Virus record (IMG/VR): IMGVR_UViG_3300032216_001609
Location: 1 to 47,305 of that record
Strand: one strand, 5' to 3'
From: a virus
Taxonomy: Duplodnaviria > Caudoviricetes
Length of the DNA: 47,305 bases
The translations under genes were made by a program, and so were the position numbers. Positions 38,371 to 46,292 of this stretch are shown piece by piece; position 1 is the stretch's first letter; every line of letters begins with the position of its first letter. The notes below the pieces were generated by a model. That model worked only from the letters and a program-made list of their open reading frames with translations. It had not been told where the DNA came from and ran no database searches.

Positions 38371-40017
38371 TTAGTATTGTATGTAAATATCTCCTGCTAC
38401 TGGTGAACCAATAGTAGGTGTTCCTGAAGTTCCATATGCAATTTTATTTGCTGTAGACCCAGAAGATGAGTTATGATATCCATATGTCTGTGCATTAGAA
38501 ATTGTAGCATATGTTGTTGAAGCGTTTGCTTGAGTTAAATATGTTGTTGAAGCGTTTGCTTGAGTTAAATATGCTGAAGCAATTTGTGTTGAAGTTGAGT
38601 AAGCACTTAAATCAACTGATGGCAATCCATTAACAGTTGCTCCGCTAAAATCTACTGTTCCAGTAAATGTAGGTGAGGCTAAAGGTGCTTTTAAAGCTAA
38701 CGCTGATATAGTTGCAGTTGATAACGGCTTATTGGTATCAGTAGTGTTGTCAACATTTGATAAACCTACCATTGCTTTTGTAATTCCAGATACTGTTCCT
38801 GTAAATGTAGGAGAAGCAAGTGGAGCTTTAAGGGCAATTGCTGATGTTAAACCAGCTACCGCTGTTTGATCATTTTGCAATGCTGTTGCAATTTCACCCA
38901 AAGTGTCTAATGTACCTGGGGCAGAATTAATTAAATTATTTATTGCAGTTGAAATTGCTGAATTTCTACTTGTAACTTCAGAAGAAATTGCAGATGTAAT
39001 ATCTGATGTCCGTGCAATAGATGTTGGAATTTCTGAAATTGAAAGTAATCCATTTGCATCAAGTCCTGCATATCCAAATGCTGCGTTTCTTCCGCTTTCT
39101 AATACATAAAGATCAAGAGAGTTTTGAAGTCCAGTTTTTGCAACGTATTTAGAATCTGCATCTGTTTTTGTTACATATGTTGAGCTAATAGAAGAAGATA
39201 GATCGTCTATGCTTCCATTAACTGCAATTAAAACGTCTGTAATTTTTGGATTAACAAGTGTATTAACTTTTGCATCAGTATAATATAAATGATTTGTACC
39301 TTCAGCTAAATCATCTGTAGTTTTTGAAGATAAACTAGTTGATCCGCCAGAAATTCCAGAAACAGCAGTTGTTATGGCTGCATTTCTATTTGTAACTTCT
39401 GTAGCAATTGCTGAAGATATCGCTGAATTTCTATTTGTAACTTCTGTAGCAACCTTAGCATCAGTATAAGTTGCTGATGCATTTGTTGCAGCTGTTTGTG
39501 CAGCATTTGATTTTGTAGTTGCATCTGTAGCTGCTGCAGAAATAGCAGCAGACTGTGCATTGCCTGATTTTGTAGTTGCATCTGTAGCTGCTGCAGAAAT
39601 AGCAGCAGACTGTGCAGCAGAAGATTTTGATGTTGCATCATTTGCTGCTGTTGTTAATGCAGATGCAATTGTTGATGCTAATGCACTAATTGCTCTAGCA
39701 TTTGTAAAATATTGATTTCCACCTTCTGGAATATTTGAAGTTGATATTGCTGCTAATGCATTTGCAACTTCTTGTGAAACAGAAACTTGATCTGGCATTT
39801 GTGATGTTGGAATTTTGCCTGTAGAGTCTAGTGAAGCAACTCCATTTGGAAGGCCAACGCTAAAACCGTATGATGTGGTGGCATTCCATCTGACACCTGT
39901 ACCAATTTTAAATCTATTGGTATCTGATTCAATTCCTAATTCTCCTGATAAAAGAATTGGGTTATTTGCTGCCCAGTTGGAAGCTGAGTCTCTTCTTAAT
40001 TGAATTCTTGTTGTCAT
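38371..40017 (-). CDS. Fibre-like virion protein with an Mtd_N-type N-terminus
   Basis: RIQLRRDSASNW..NPILLSGELGIESDT; TDDLAEGTNHLYYT; APLASPTFTGTV; paralog of 30809..33037. Confidence 0.75.
   Translation of the reverse strand: MTTRIQLRRDSASNWAANNPILLSGELGIESDTNRFKIGTGVRWNATTSYGFSVGLPNGVASLDSTGKIPTSQMPDQVSVSQEVANALAAISTSNIPEGGNQYFTNARAISALASTIASALTTAANDATSKSSAAQSAAISAAATDATTKSGNAQSAAISAAATDATTKSNAAQTAATNASATYTDAKVATEVTNRNSAISSAIATEVTNRNAAITTAVSGISGGSTSLSSKTTDDLAEGTNHLYYTDAKVNTLVNPKITDVLIAVNGSIDDLSSSISSTYVTKTDADSKYVAKTGLQNSLDLYVLESGRNAAFGYAGLDANGLLSISEIPTSIARTSDITSAISSEVTSRNSAISTAINNLINSAPGTLDTLGEIATALQNDQTAVAGLTSAIALKAPLASPTFTGTVSGITKAMVGLSNVDNTTDTNKPLSTATISALALKAPLASPTFTGTVDFSGATVNGLPSVDLSAYSTSTQIASAYLTQANASTTYLTQANASTTYATISNAQTYGYHNSSSGSTANKIAYGTSGTPTIGSPVAGDIYIQY
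38511..38570. repeat. Exact 30-bp tandem duplication (YLTQANASTT x2)
   Basis: atgttgttgaagcgtttgcttgagttaaat occurs twice in tandem. Confidence 0.92.
39508..39616. repeat. 57-bp-period tandem duplication (AQSAAISAAATDATTKS)
   Basis: 52 identical bases repeated at a 57-bp spacing. Confidence 0.88.
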
Positions 40018-40478
40018 TCTAGTGAACTACCTCCATCTACTATATCGCCTGCTACTTCTGTGGAGTTTCCTCCATCCATAATTATATCATTTGGTTCTAT
40101 TTTACCAGTCATTGGGTCCCCTCCATCAAATAAGCTTAATGTTTTCCATGTTGCATTTTCATTATAATCTGACGGAGATCCTGAATCCATTCCAATAACT
40201 TGAGGTAATACAACTGCGGGAGATGCAATTTCATTATATTCAAGGAATGTGATTGGATTCTGCATATCAATTGTATGCACGTCTCCATCAAATGTATGAG
40301 TATGTCTATAAAATGGAGTTGGGTCTGTGCTTGGTGGAGTTAATTCCACCCATTCCGTTCCATTATGTATTCTTAAATTTTTGCTCAAAACATTAAAATA
40401 AATATCGCCCTCTTTATTTATAGCAGGGTCTACCGAGCTGGTAAGTAAATTTAAAGCAACCTTCATTTGTTTTGACAT
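40014..40478 (-). CDS. Virion accessory protein
   Basis: 154 aa; EGDIYFN...NGTEW motif, HTHT, and C-terminal DGG repeats. Confidence 0.6.
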   Translation of the reverse strand: MSKQMKVALNLLTSSVDPAINKEGDIYFNVLSKNLRIHNGTEWVELTPPSTDPTPFYRHTHTFDGDVHTIDMQNPITFLEYNEIASPAVVLPQVIGMDSGSPSDYNENATWKTLSLFDGGDPMTGKIEPNDIIMDGGNSTEVAGDIVDGGSSLE

Positions 40479-40479
40479 A

Positions 40480-41451
40480 TTAACCTATTACTACTACCTT
40501 ATATGATCCTGCAGTTGGTGCAACTGCAAAATTAATTGTTACGTTTGAATTATCTGTATGTAAAACATCTGCAAAAATTTCAGCATATGGTGATGCAGTT
40601 TCATAAATTGTTACTGCAACATCTGTTGTTCCTAAATTGTGATTAACTGTATAGGAAGTTGAAGATGTTCCCAATGTTGTTGCATATTTTCGTACAATGG
40701 CATTATAATGAGATCCATCATTTGTTAATTGCCACTGCTGAGCTGATTCTTTCCATAATATTTCTACATCTGGTGAATCTCCACGCTCTACACGAATTCC
40801 AGCATCTGCTACTGGTGTTCCAGTAAACGCTGAATTAAGATTAATTTTATTATCTTGGATGTTAATTGTTGTTGTATTAACAGCATTAACTTTTCCTGCT
40901 ACGTTTAAATCTCCGCCAACTGTAAGGTTGTTATTAATTGTTACATCATTTGGCAACCCAATTGTTACTGCAGCATTATGTCCACTATTTGGAGAAACAG
41001 ATACTTGATTTGCTGTTCCAACAATTGTTGCTACATAGTCTCCAGTTGTTTGTGTGCTCAATGGAACAATTAAGTCTGCATGACTTGCAGCAGTTAATCT
41101 ACCCTGTTGATCTACTGTAAATGAAACAGTCTTAGATGTAGAGCCGTATGTTCCAGCTACAACCGAAGTATCATTTAGTTTTATTGTATGTGTGCCTGCT
41201 GGGTCATTATAGGTAGCAGTTAAACCTGTTCCCGCTACAACTGTAGAACCAATTACATCTTGAATAACTTCTGTAGAGCCAGAGGTAGGTGTCCACTCTG
41301 TTCCATTGTAGAAGTAAAGTACATTTGTACCAGTGTCGAAATATATTTGACCCGATACTGGATTTGAAGGGGCTGCCCCTAAATTCTGAATTCTAGCATT
41401 GAGTAACTCGTTTTTGTTAAGATCAATACTAACTAAATATTTTTTTGCCAT
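40480..41451 (-). CDS. Fibre-like virion protein
   Basis: 323 aa; GQIYFDT, AGTYG...[20 protein letters not shown] and HNLGT motifs. Confidence 0.7.
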   Translation of the reverse strand: MAKKYLVSIDLNKNELLNARIQNLGAAPSNPVSGQIYFDTGTNVLYFYNGTEWTPTSGSTEVIQDVIGSTVVAGTGLTATYNDPAGTHTIKLNDTSVVAGTYGSTSKTVSFTVDQQGRLTAASHADLIVPLSTQTTGDYVATIVGTANQVSVSPNSGHNAAVTIGLPNDVTINNNLTVGGDLNVAGKVNAVNTTTINIQDNKINLNSAFTGTPVADAGIRVERGDSPDVEILWKESAQQWQLTNDGSHYNAIVRKYATTLGTSSTSYTVNHNLGTTDVAVTIYETASPYAEIFADVLHTDNSNVTINFAVAPTAGSYKVVVIG

Positions 41452-41465
41452 TTGCTATCTCCCTT

Positions 41466-41906
41466 TTAGGACAGGTGCGCTGTCCCTGAAAATGGTTGTG
41501 CCATTGTCAGTGTTATTTGATTTAAACCATTATAATCTATTCCAGTTTCAAGAATGTCACCCGCACTTGATTTTATTGTAACGTTTGGGTTGTATCCTAA
41601 ATTATGTTGTATTGTTAAAGAATATATTCCATTGACTGGTCCTACTACTTGTGCTAATTCCCAACTATAGGATAGTGTATTTGAGGATAATGTTATTACA
41701 GCTGCATTTGCCCATGTTGCATCAGATAGTTTAGGGCCATAAAATTTAGACAAAGTCTTATCAAAGTAAAAGTCTCCTTCAAGTCCCAAATTATTTGCTG
41801 GGACTCCGTTGCCATTAAGTATAGTTTTACCTCTTGGACCTTGTGGCCCTGGAGATGATATAACTACATCATTGATAACTTCGGTTACAATTACTTTTTC
41901 AGTCAT
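41466..41906 (-). CDS. Virion accessory protein with a short collagen-like motif
   Basis: PGPQGPRG, GDFYFD..FYGPK (module shared with 19599..20822) and HNLG. Confidence 0.62.
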   Translation of the reverse strand: MTEKVIVTEVINDVVISSPGPQGPRGKTILNGNGVPANNLGLEGDFYFDKTLSKFYGPKLSDATWANAAVITLSSNTLSYSWELAQVVGPVNGIYSLTIQHNLGYNPNVTIKSSAGDILETGIDYNGLNQITLTMAQPFSGTAHLS

Positions 41907-42253
41907 TATACGGTTACCGATCTATTGAGCGTCATAAAGCCCTCAAGGAGTTTTATTTTATTCGCATTAGAATCGACAACCATTACATCATAAGATGATT
42001 TAGGATAAAAGAGTTTATTTGTTTGTGTTGGTGTCATTTTTATAGTCAATTTACCAGAAGGCCCATCGATAATAATTCCACCAGAAGGTGATGTAAGTGT
42101 GACGGCTAATTTATTTCCGCCTTTTGTATCACGTACTTGCATCTTTGCAGATGCGCCACTCAGATCAATCGCATTTCCATCTTCATCTTTATATTCTAAT
42201 ACAAAGCTAAATGTCGCATTTTGATCTACTTCAAAATTCTTTTGTCCTGCCAT
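41906..42253 (-). CDS. BppU-N-like virion structural protein
   Basis: VDQNATF...IDLSGASAKMQVR...YDV...LLEG pattern; AGGAGA RBS. Confidence 0.6.
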   Translation of the reverse strand: MAGQKNFEVDQNATFSFVLEYKDEDGNAIDLSGASAKMQVRDTKGGNKLAVTLTSPSGGIIIDGPSGKLTIKMTPTQTNKLFYPKSSYDVMVVDSNANKIKLLEGFMTLNRSVTV

Positions 42254-42272
42254 TTGCCATAGTCTCCTAAAT

Positions 42273-42312
42273 AGGAATACTCCTGTACTAATTTTAGCAC
42301 AGGAGTATTTCT
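42273..42312. promoter_or_regulatory. 19-bp inverted repeat enclosing an extended -10 (TGCTAAAAT, minus strand)
   Basis: AGAAATACTCCTGTGCTAA-AA-TTAGTACAGGAGTATTCCT; 17 of 19 positions Watson-Crick. Confidence 0.65.
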
Positions 42313-42326
42313 AATTGACTATTTTA

Positions 42327-42566
42327 TTAAGCCTTGTTTGTAAACCCAAAACTCTTATCGTTTGGATTAAGGGCCTTAAGGATTACTGGAGCTACGGCTG
42401 CAACACCACCCATTAATAAATCTTTAGGATTTGTATTACCAGTCATGTATAGAGCTAGTGCTGCTGAAAGAAATGCTCTACCGTATGTTGCTAACCCTGC
42501 TAGAATTTGTTCTTGCATTGTTACCTTCCCATCTTTGTTTAAATCCGCTTTATCGAATTTAGCCAT
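42327..42566 (-). CDS. Holin-like membrane protein with an N-terminal EF-hand loop
   Basis: 79 aa; two hydrophobic helices and an LNPND..FG tail; DLNKDGKVTMQE; GAGGAG RBS. Confidence 0.6.
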   Translation of the reverse strand: MAKFDKADLNKDGKVTMQEQILAGLATYGRAFLSAALALYMTGNTNPKDLLMGGVAAVAPVILKALNPNDKSFGFTNKA

Positions 42567-42623
42567 TTTATCGTCTCCTCGTGGGCAATTTACCCATGAA
42601 TTTTGGTTTTACCCAATACTATA

Positions 42624-42632
42624 ATTCTACCA
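42624..42632 (-). promoter_or_regulatory. Extended -10 promoter for the holin-like gene
   Basis: TGGTAGAAT immediately after the RNR stop. Confidence 0.55.
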
Positions 42633-44567
42633 CTATGCAGAAATATCTACAAGCTCACAATTTCCATCTGAGCTGCAAGCAAGGGTGGCGGTTGGAGAAG
42701 TTCCATCTTCTGTTTCATAAAAAGAAAGATCTTCCCATCTAATATTTGCTGGCATCTTTGCAACAAGAGTATCATATTCTTCTTTAGAAACTTCTTGATA
42801 TGGTGCTTGTTTGTATGTGTGATCAGAATGAGGCAAGAAAGAGATTCCAGACACTTCATCAAAATTCTTGTATACCCAAGCGCCCACTTCCATCCATTCG
42901 TCTTCTTTTACTGAAACTGTAATCGATGGCTTATGCTCACACCAAGCACGTTGATAAACTAGCCAAATATTTAAATGATCAATTGCTGTTAAATCATTTC
43001 TAACAATTGCTCCATCTGGTGCTTTTACTGGAAATGAAAATACATATGTATCATTAGGCTTCATTACATCATCTTCAACTGGAATTCCAACTTCTTTAAG
43101 AAAAACAGAAATTGGGTCTCCCTTTGAGCCACGAACAGTTCTTATGTAATATGGTGAATGCCATGGATGCATTCCTGAAGATACCCCGACCAATTGAGAT
43201 ACGGTTCCTGAAGGCTTTACACATGTAATAGCTGCAGACTCAGGAATCCCAATTTTCCCAGCCTCTTCTTGATTAACTTCTCTTGCTCTATCACGCATTG
43301 ACATCAAAAATGATTCAAGCATTATAAGATCTTCTTTGCCTGACATAAATTTATGTCCAAATTGTCCAGTTAATGAAACACCAAGTAGACGTTCTTCTTC
43401 TGTGTTATCTTTCCAAATTTTTCTTAAATATTTAAAGTCTGTTAAAGTTGATTGCCACGTTCCAAGAATTGTAGCAAGCTCAACTTTACGTTGAATATCT
43501 TTCTTTGTATCGTTTTCACGTAATACGACTTCTGAAAGATTACAAAACTGATAAGGACGTAAAATAATTTCTGAACATGGGTTTGTTCCATAGTGTATCT
43601 CAGGGTCTCTACGACCAAATTTGGCTGCTTGTGCTTGTGCTGCTGCAACATTGTAGATTCCACGTTCTCCAGATTTTGAATCATACAAAGATTTCCATTC
43701 TGCAATAAACTGCTCCATTTCTGGTTTGCGTGAGTAAGCAACAGAATTATTTGACAAAGCTCTTTGTGGACTATTTTCCCACCAGTTACCCGACTTGGCT
43801 TGTGCCATCTCAATATCATTAATATTAGATAATGAAATCATTGCTGAGCGACGGACTCCACCAACTACAACAACTTCACCAATCTTACACATAATATCAT
43901 GACACTCAATTGGTTTAAGATTTCTTCCTGCTGCATTTTTAAATTTTGCAATTGTAAAATCAAAAAGGTTAATTAATGGTTGAGGTCCAGAAGATCTGCC
44001 ACCCATTGTTTTTAATCTAGCTCCTGCTGGTCTAACTTTTGTAACATCAATTGCTGGAATATGTCCTGTCCAAAGTAAAGCTAAAAGCTCACGATATGCT
44101 TTTGCCCATCCTTGCTTTGAATCTTCTACAACAATAACTGTATCTGTTTTTTCAAGTTTTTCTGGAACGGCAGGTAGTTTATTAATATATTTATATTCAA
44201 CAGAAAATCCTACGCCAGTACCGCACATTAATACATACATGGTTTCATCAAAAGAACGTGGTGAATCAACTGGCAAAAATGCACAATTATATCCAGCTAC
44301 ATTGTCTCTTTCTAATGCTGCACCTGAAGTCATTACTGATCTCATAGATGGCATAACATTTCGTTTAAAAACAAACTCTTTTAATTCCGCAACTAGCTTT
44401 TCATTTGGAATATAATTATGATTTGTTTTTAAATGATTAGTCATAAAAGAAAAATATCGATCTACTGTTTCTCCCCATGTTTCTCTTCTTTCTTCTGACT
44501 CTACCCATTTTGCATATCTAGATAAAGCAATAAAGTTTTCATAAGGATTTTCAATAGTTCTTGACAT
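42633..44567 (-). CDS. nrdJ: Ribonucleotide reductase, probably class II (adenosylcobalamin-dependent)
   Basis: YNCAF, GTGVGFS, VVVGGVRRSA, GTNPCSEI, CVKPSGTVSQL and a C-terminal Cys pair (LACSSDGNCE); no beta-subunit gene adjacent. Confidence 0.85.
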   Translation of the reverse strand: MSRTIENPYENFIALSRYAKWVESEERRETWGETVDRYFSFMTNHLKTNHNYIPNEKLVAELKEFVFKRNVMPSMRSVMTSGAALERDNVAGYNCAFLPVDSPRSFDETMYVLMCGTGVGFSVEYKYINKLPAVPEKLEKTDTVIVVEDSKQGWAKAYRELLALLWTGHIPAIDVTKVRPAGARLKTMGGRSSGPQPLINLFDFTIAKFKNAAGRNLKPIECHDIMCKIGEVVVVGGVRRSAMISLSNINDIEMAQAKSGNWWENSPQRALSNNSVAYSRKPEMEQFIAEWKSLYDSKSGERGIYNVAAAQAQAAKFGRRDPEIHYGTNPCSEIILRPYQFCNLSEVVLRENDTKKDIQRKVELATILGTWQSTLTDFKYLRKIWKDNTEEERLLGVSLTGQFGHKFMSGKEDLIMLESFLMSMRDRAREVNQEEAGKIGIPESAAITCVKPSGTVSQLVGVSSGMHPWHSPYYIRTVRGSKGDPISVFLKEVGIPVEDDVMKPNDTYVFSFPVKAPDGAIVRNDLTAIDHLNIWLVYQRAWCEHKPSITVSVKEDEWMEVGAWVYKNFDEVSGISFLPHSDHTYKQAPYQEVSKEEYDTLVAKMPANIRWEDLSFYETEDGTSPTATLACSSDGNCELVDISA

Positions 44568-44620
44568 TTATTATACGACCTTTTCTCCGCCTTGCGGTGT
44601 AATTTATTTGTGAAGTTCTA

Positions 44621-44649
44621 AGTGTATCAAACTTTTATTTAGTGGTCTA
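44621..44649 (-). promoter_or_regulatory. Leftward promoter for the RNR
   Basis: TAGACC-N17-TACACT with extended TG. Confidence 0.5.
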
Positions 44650-44694
44650 GTAGGTAAAATATCAATATATGAGAATTAGTTTTAGTTAACTGAC

Positions 44695-44724
44695 TTGACA
44701 TACTTTACAAAACAATGTTATGAT
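44695..44724 (+). promoter_or_regulatory. Rightward sigma70-type promoter
   Basis: TTGACA-N18-TATGAT with extended TG; AGGAGG RBS downstream. Confidence 0.7.
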
Positions 44725-44751
44725 TATAGTTCGTTATCTCTATAGGAGGAA

Positions 44752-45297
44752 ATGCCAATGGAGAATATAAAACAACAGTTTAGCGATTTAATTCGTGACT
44801 GGACAATAATAGCAGTAACAATGTTATTTTTGTTTGGAAATCAAGCAAACGCTTTAACTGTAAACACTTTAGTGAAAACTGAAGCCCAAACAAAGCAAGA
44901 AGTCTTAGACAAGTTCAGTAATGCAAATTACAGTTCGTCTGAGATGCTTACAGATGAAGAACTGGTAACACTTCTTACAGCTGTAGGATTCGAAGGAACA
45001 GGCCTTAAGAAAGCCTGGGCTATAGCAAAGCGTGAATCTAATGGAAGACCGCTTGCTTACGATGGGAACAAGAAAACAGGAGATAGTTCTTACGGATTAT
45101 TTCAAATTAATATGATTGGATCTCTTGGTCTTGAAAGACTACAGAAATTTAATTTAAAGAGTAACAAAGAGTTATTCGACCCAGTAACAAACGCAGAGAT
45201 AACGTACTATATGACCGATGGCGGCAGTGATTGGTCAAGCTGGAAGGGTATGACCCCAAGAGCACAGGAATTTTTATTAAAATTTCCGACACAGTAA
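44752..45297 (+). CDS. Lysozyme-like lytic transglycosylase with an N-terminal hydrophobic/signal segment
   Basis: AIAKRES, SYGLFQIN, LFDPVTNA and DWSSW motifs. Confidence 0.82.
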   Translation: MPMENIKQQFSDLIRDWTIIAVTMLFLFGNQANALTVNTLVKTEAQTKQEVLDKFSNANYSSSEMLTDEELVTLLTAVGFEGTGLKKAWAIAKRESNGRPLAYDGNKKTGDSSYGLFQINMIGSLGLERLQKFNLKSNKELFDPVTNAEITYYMTDGGSDWSSWKGMTPRAQEFLLKFPTQ

Positions 45298-45307
45298 AGG
45301 AGATGGG

Positions 45308-45517
45308 ATGAAGATACAATATGTATCAACTTACATCTCCATGTCGAAGGATGGATTGGTTGAAAAGCTTTTATGCCCAGTAGACCAATCTTTTCTTTTT
45401 TCTAATTTAGATTTAGAAGACAACATATATTTATATTGTTTAGATTGTAGTTATAAAAAAAATATAGGAATATCTACTTATACAGATATAGTTAAAAAGG
45501 TGCAATCAATTGGATAA
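45308..45517 (+). CDS. Small zinc-ribbon-like protein
   Basis: CPVD...CLDC; AAGGAG RBS. Confidence 0.6.
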   Translation: MKIQYVSTYISMSKDGLVEKLLCPVDQSFLFSNLDLEDNIYLYCLDCSYKKNIGISTYTDIVKKVQSIG

Positions 45518-45632
45518 TATTAAAAAATGTAATTCAAATAGTTGTGAGTGTGGTAAAGAATCGGCTAATATCCCAATTACCGATGCTATGGGTAGAGAGG
45601 TTTTTTGGTTAGATGCAGGAAGACCAGAATAA
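45510..45632 (+). CDS. Small hypothetical protein (40 aa, below the ORF-track cutoff)
   Basis: TTG start after AAGGTG; MDNIKKCNSNSCECGKESANIPITDAMGREVFWLDAGRPE; fills the gap between its neighbours. Confidence 0.45.
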   Translation: MDNIKKCNSNSCECGKESANIPITDAMGREVFWLDAGRPE

Positions 45633-45825
45633 CGAAGTTTCTAGCAACTTAGAAGATAATTTGCCTATGGTAAATTATATTATGCTTCACCGAATTTATG
45701 ACATGCTAACATTGTTATCAAATAAAATTGTTGGCGGAGAAGATACACAAAAAATGGTAAGTTACCATGAGGCGGGATATTTATTAGGTCCAGCGCCTTC
45801 ATTTACACCAAACGAGGAAGAATAA
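45613..45825 (+). CDS. Hypothetical protein
   Basis: 70 aa ORF in a tightly packed run. Confidence 0.65.
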   Translation: MQEDQNNEVSSNLEDNLPMVNYIMLHRIYDMLTLLSNKIVGGEDTQKMVSYHEAGYLLGPAPSFTPNEEE

Positions 45826-45826
45826 A

Positions 45827-46015
45827 ATGGAAAAAGAAAAAGTAGTACTAATGATGCTTGAAAAATTAAATAATGATACAAGATTTGCTGGTGTATCTAG
45901 CGGGGCAGATATTGCAGATGTAGAACAGCAAATTATTAAAAATCAACCATTTCTTCAATGGCAATTAGGATCAATGTATGACCTTCTTGTAGAAAAAGGC
46001 GTCATAGTTCCTTGA
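45827..46015 (+). CDS. Hypothetical protein
   Basis: 62 aa; GAGGA RBS; starts 1 nt after the previous stop. Confidence 0.65.
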   Translation: MEKEKVVLMMLEKLNNDTRFAGVSSGADIADVEQQIIKNQPFLQWQLGSMYDLLVEKGVIVP

Positions 46016-46040
46016 CATTCTTTTAATAATACTTTATACT
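46012..46040 (+). promoter_or_regulatory. Near-consensus sigma70 promoter
   Basis: TTGACA-N17-TATACT. Confidence 0.78.
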
Positions 46041-46046
46041 TTTAAA

Positions 46047-46118
46047 GTATTGGTTGAGTTTAACTCCCAGTATATAAAGCCTCATTCGGATCCGCCTCTG
46101 AATGGGGCTTTATTATTT
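46047..46118 (+). ncRNA. Candidate small two-hairpin RNA
   Basis: Lies between a consensus promoter and a 17-bp stem with a T-rich tail; the next gene has its own -10. Confidence 0.5.
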
Positions 46119-46121
46119 AAG

Positions 46122-46130
46122 TGGTATAAT
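46122..46130 (+). promoter_or_regulatory. Extended -10 promoter (near-leaderless)
   Basis: TGGTATAAT, 9 nt before ATG 46140. Confidence 0.55.
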
Positions 46131-46139
46131 TATAATATC

Positions 46140-46292
46140 ATGCCAAGAGATCATTTTTCTAAAGTAATGCATAGCCCATATTTTCAATCAAGTGGGTATA
46201 AAGATACGCCAAGTGGAAAAGCTGAACAACAAATGATAAATAAATTGAATAAAATTTCAAATTTTTTTAAACGACTAATTAGGAAAAAATAA
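46140..46292 (+). CDS. Small basic hypothetical protein (50 aa)
   Basis: MPRDHFSKVMHSPYF...; stop overlaps the next start (TAATG). Confidence 0.55.
   Translation: MPRDHFSKVMHSPYFQSSGYKDTPSGKAEQQMINKLNKISNFFKRLIRKK

Noticed and set aside
46050-46139. 5' extension of ORF 46050..46292
   Set aside because: It has a TTG start without an SD and runs through a strong hairpin; ATG 46140, behind its own -10, is more plausible.
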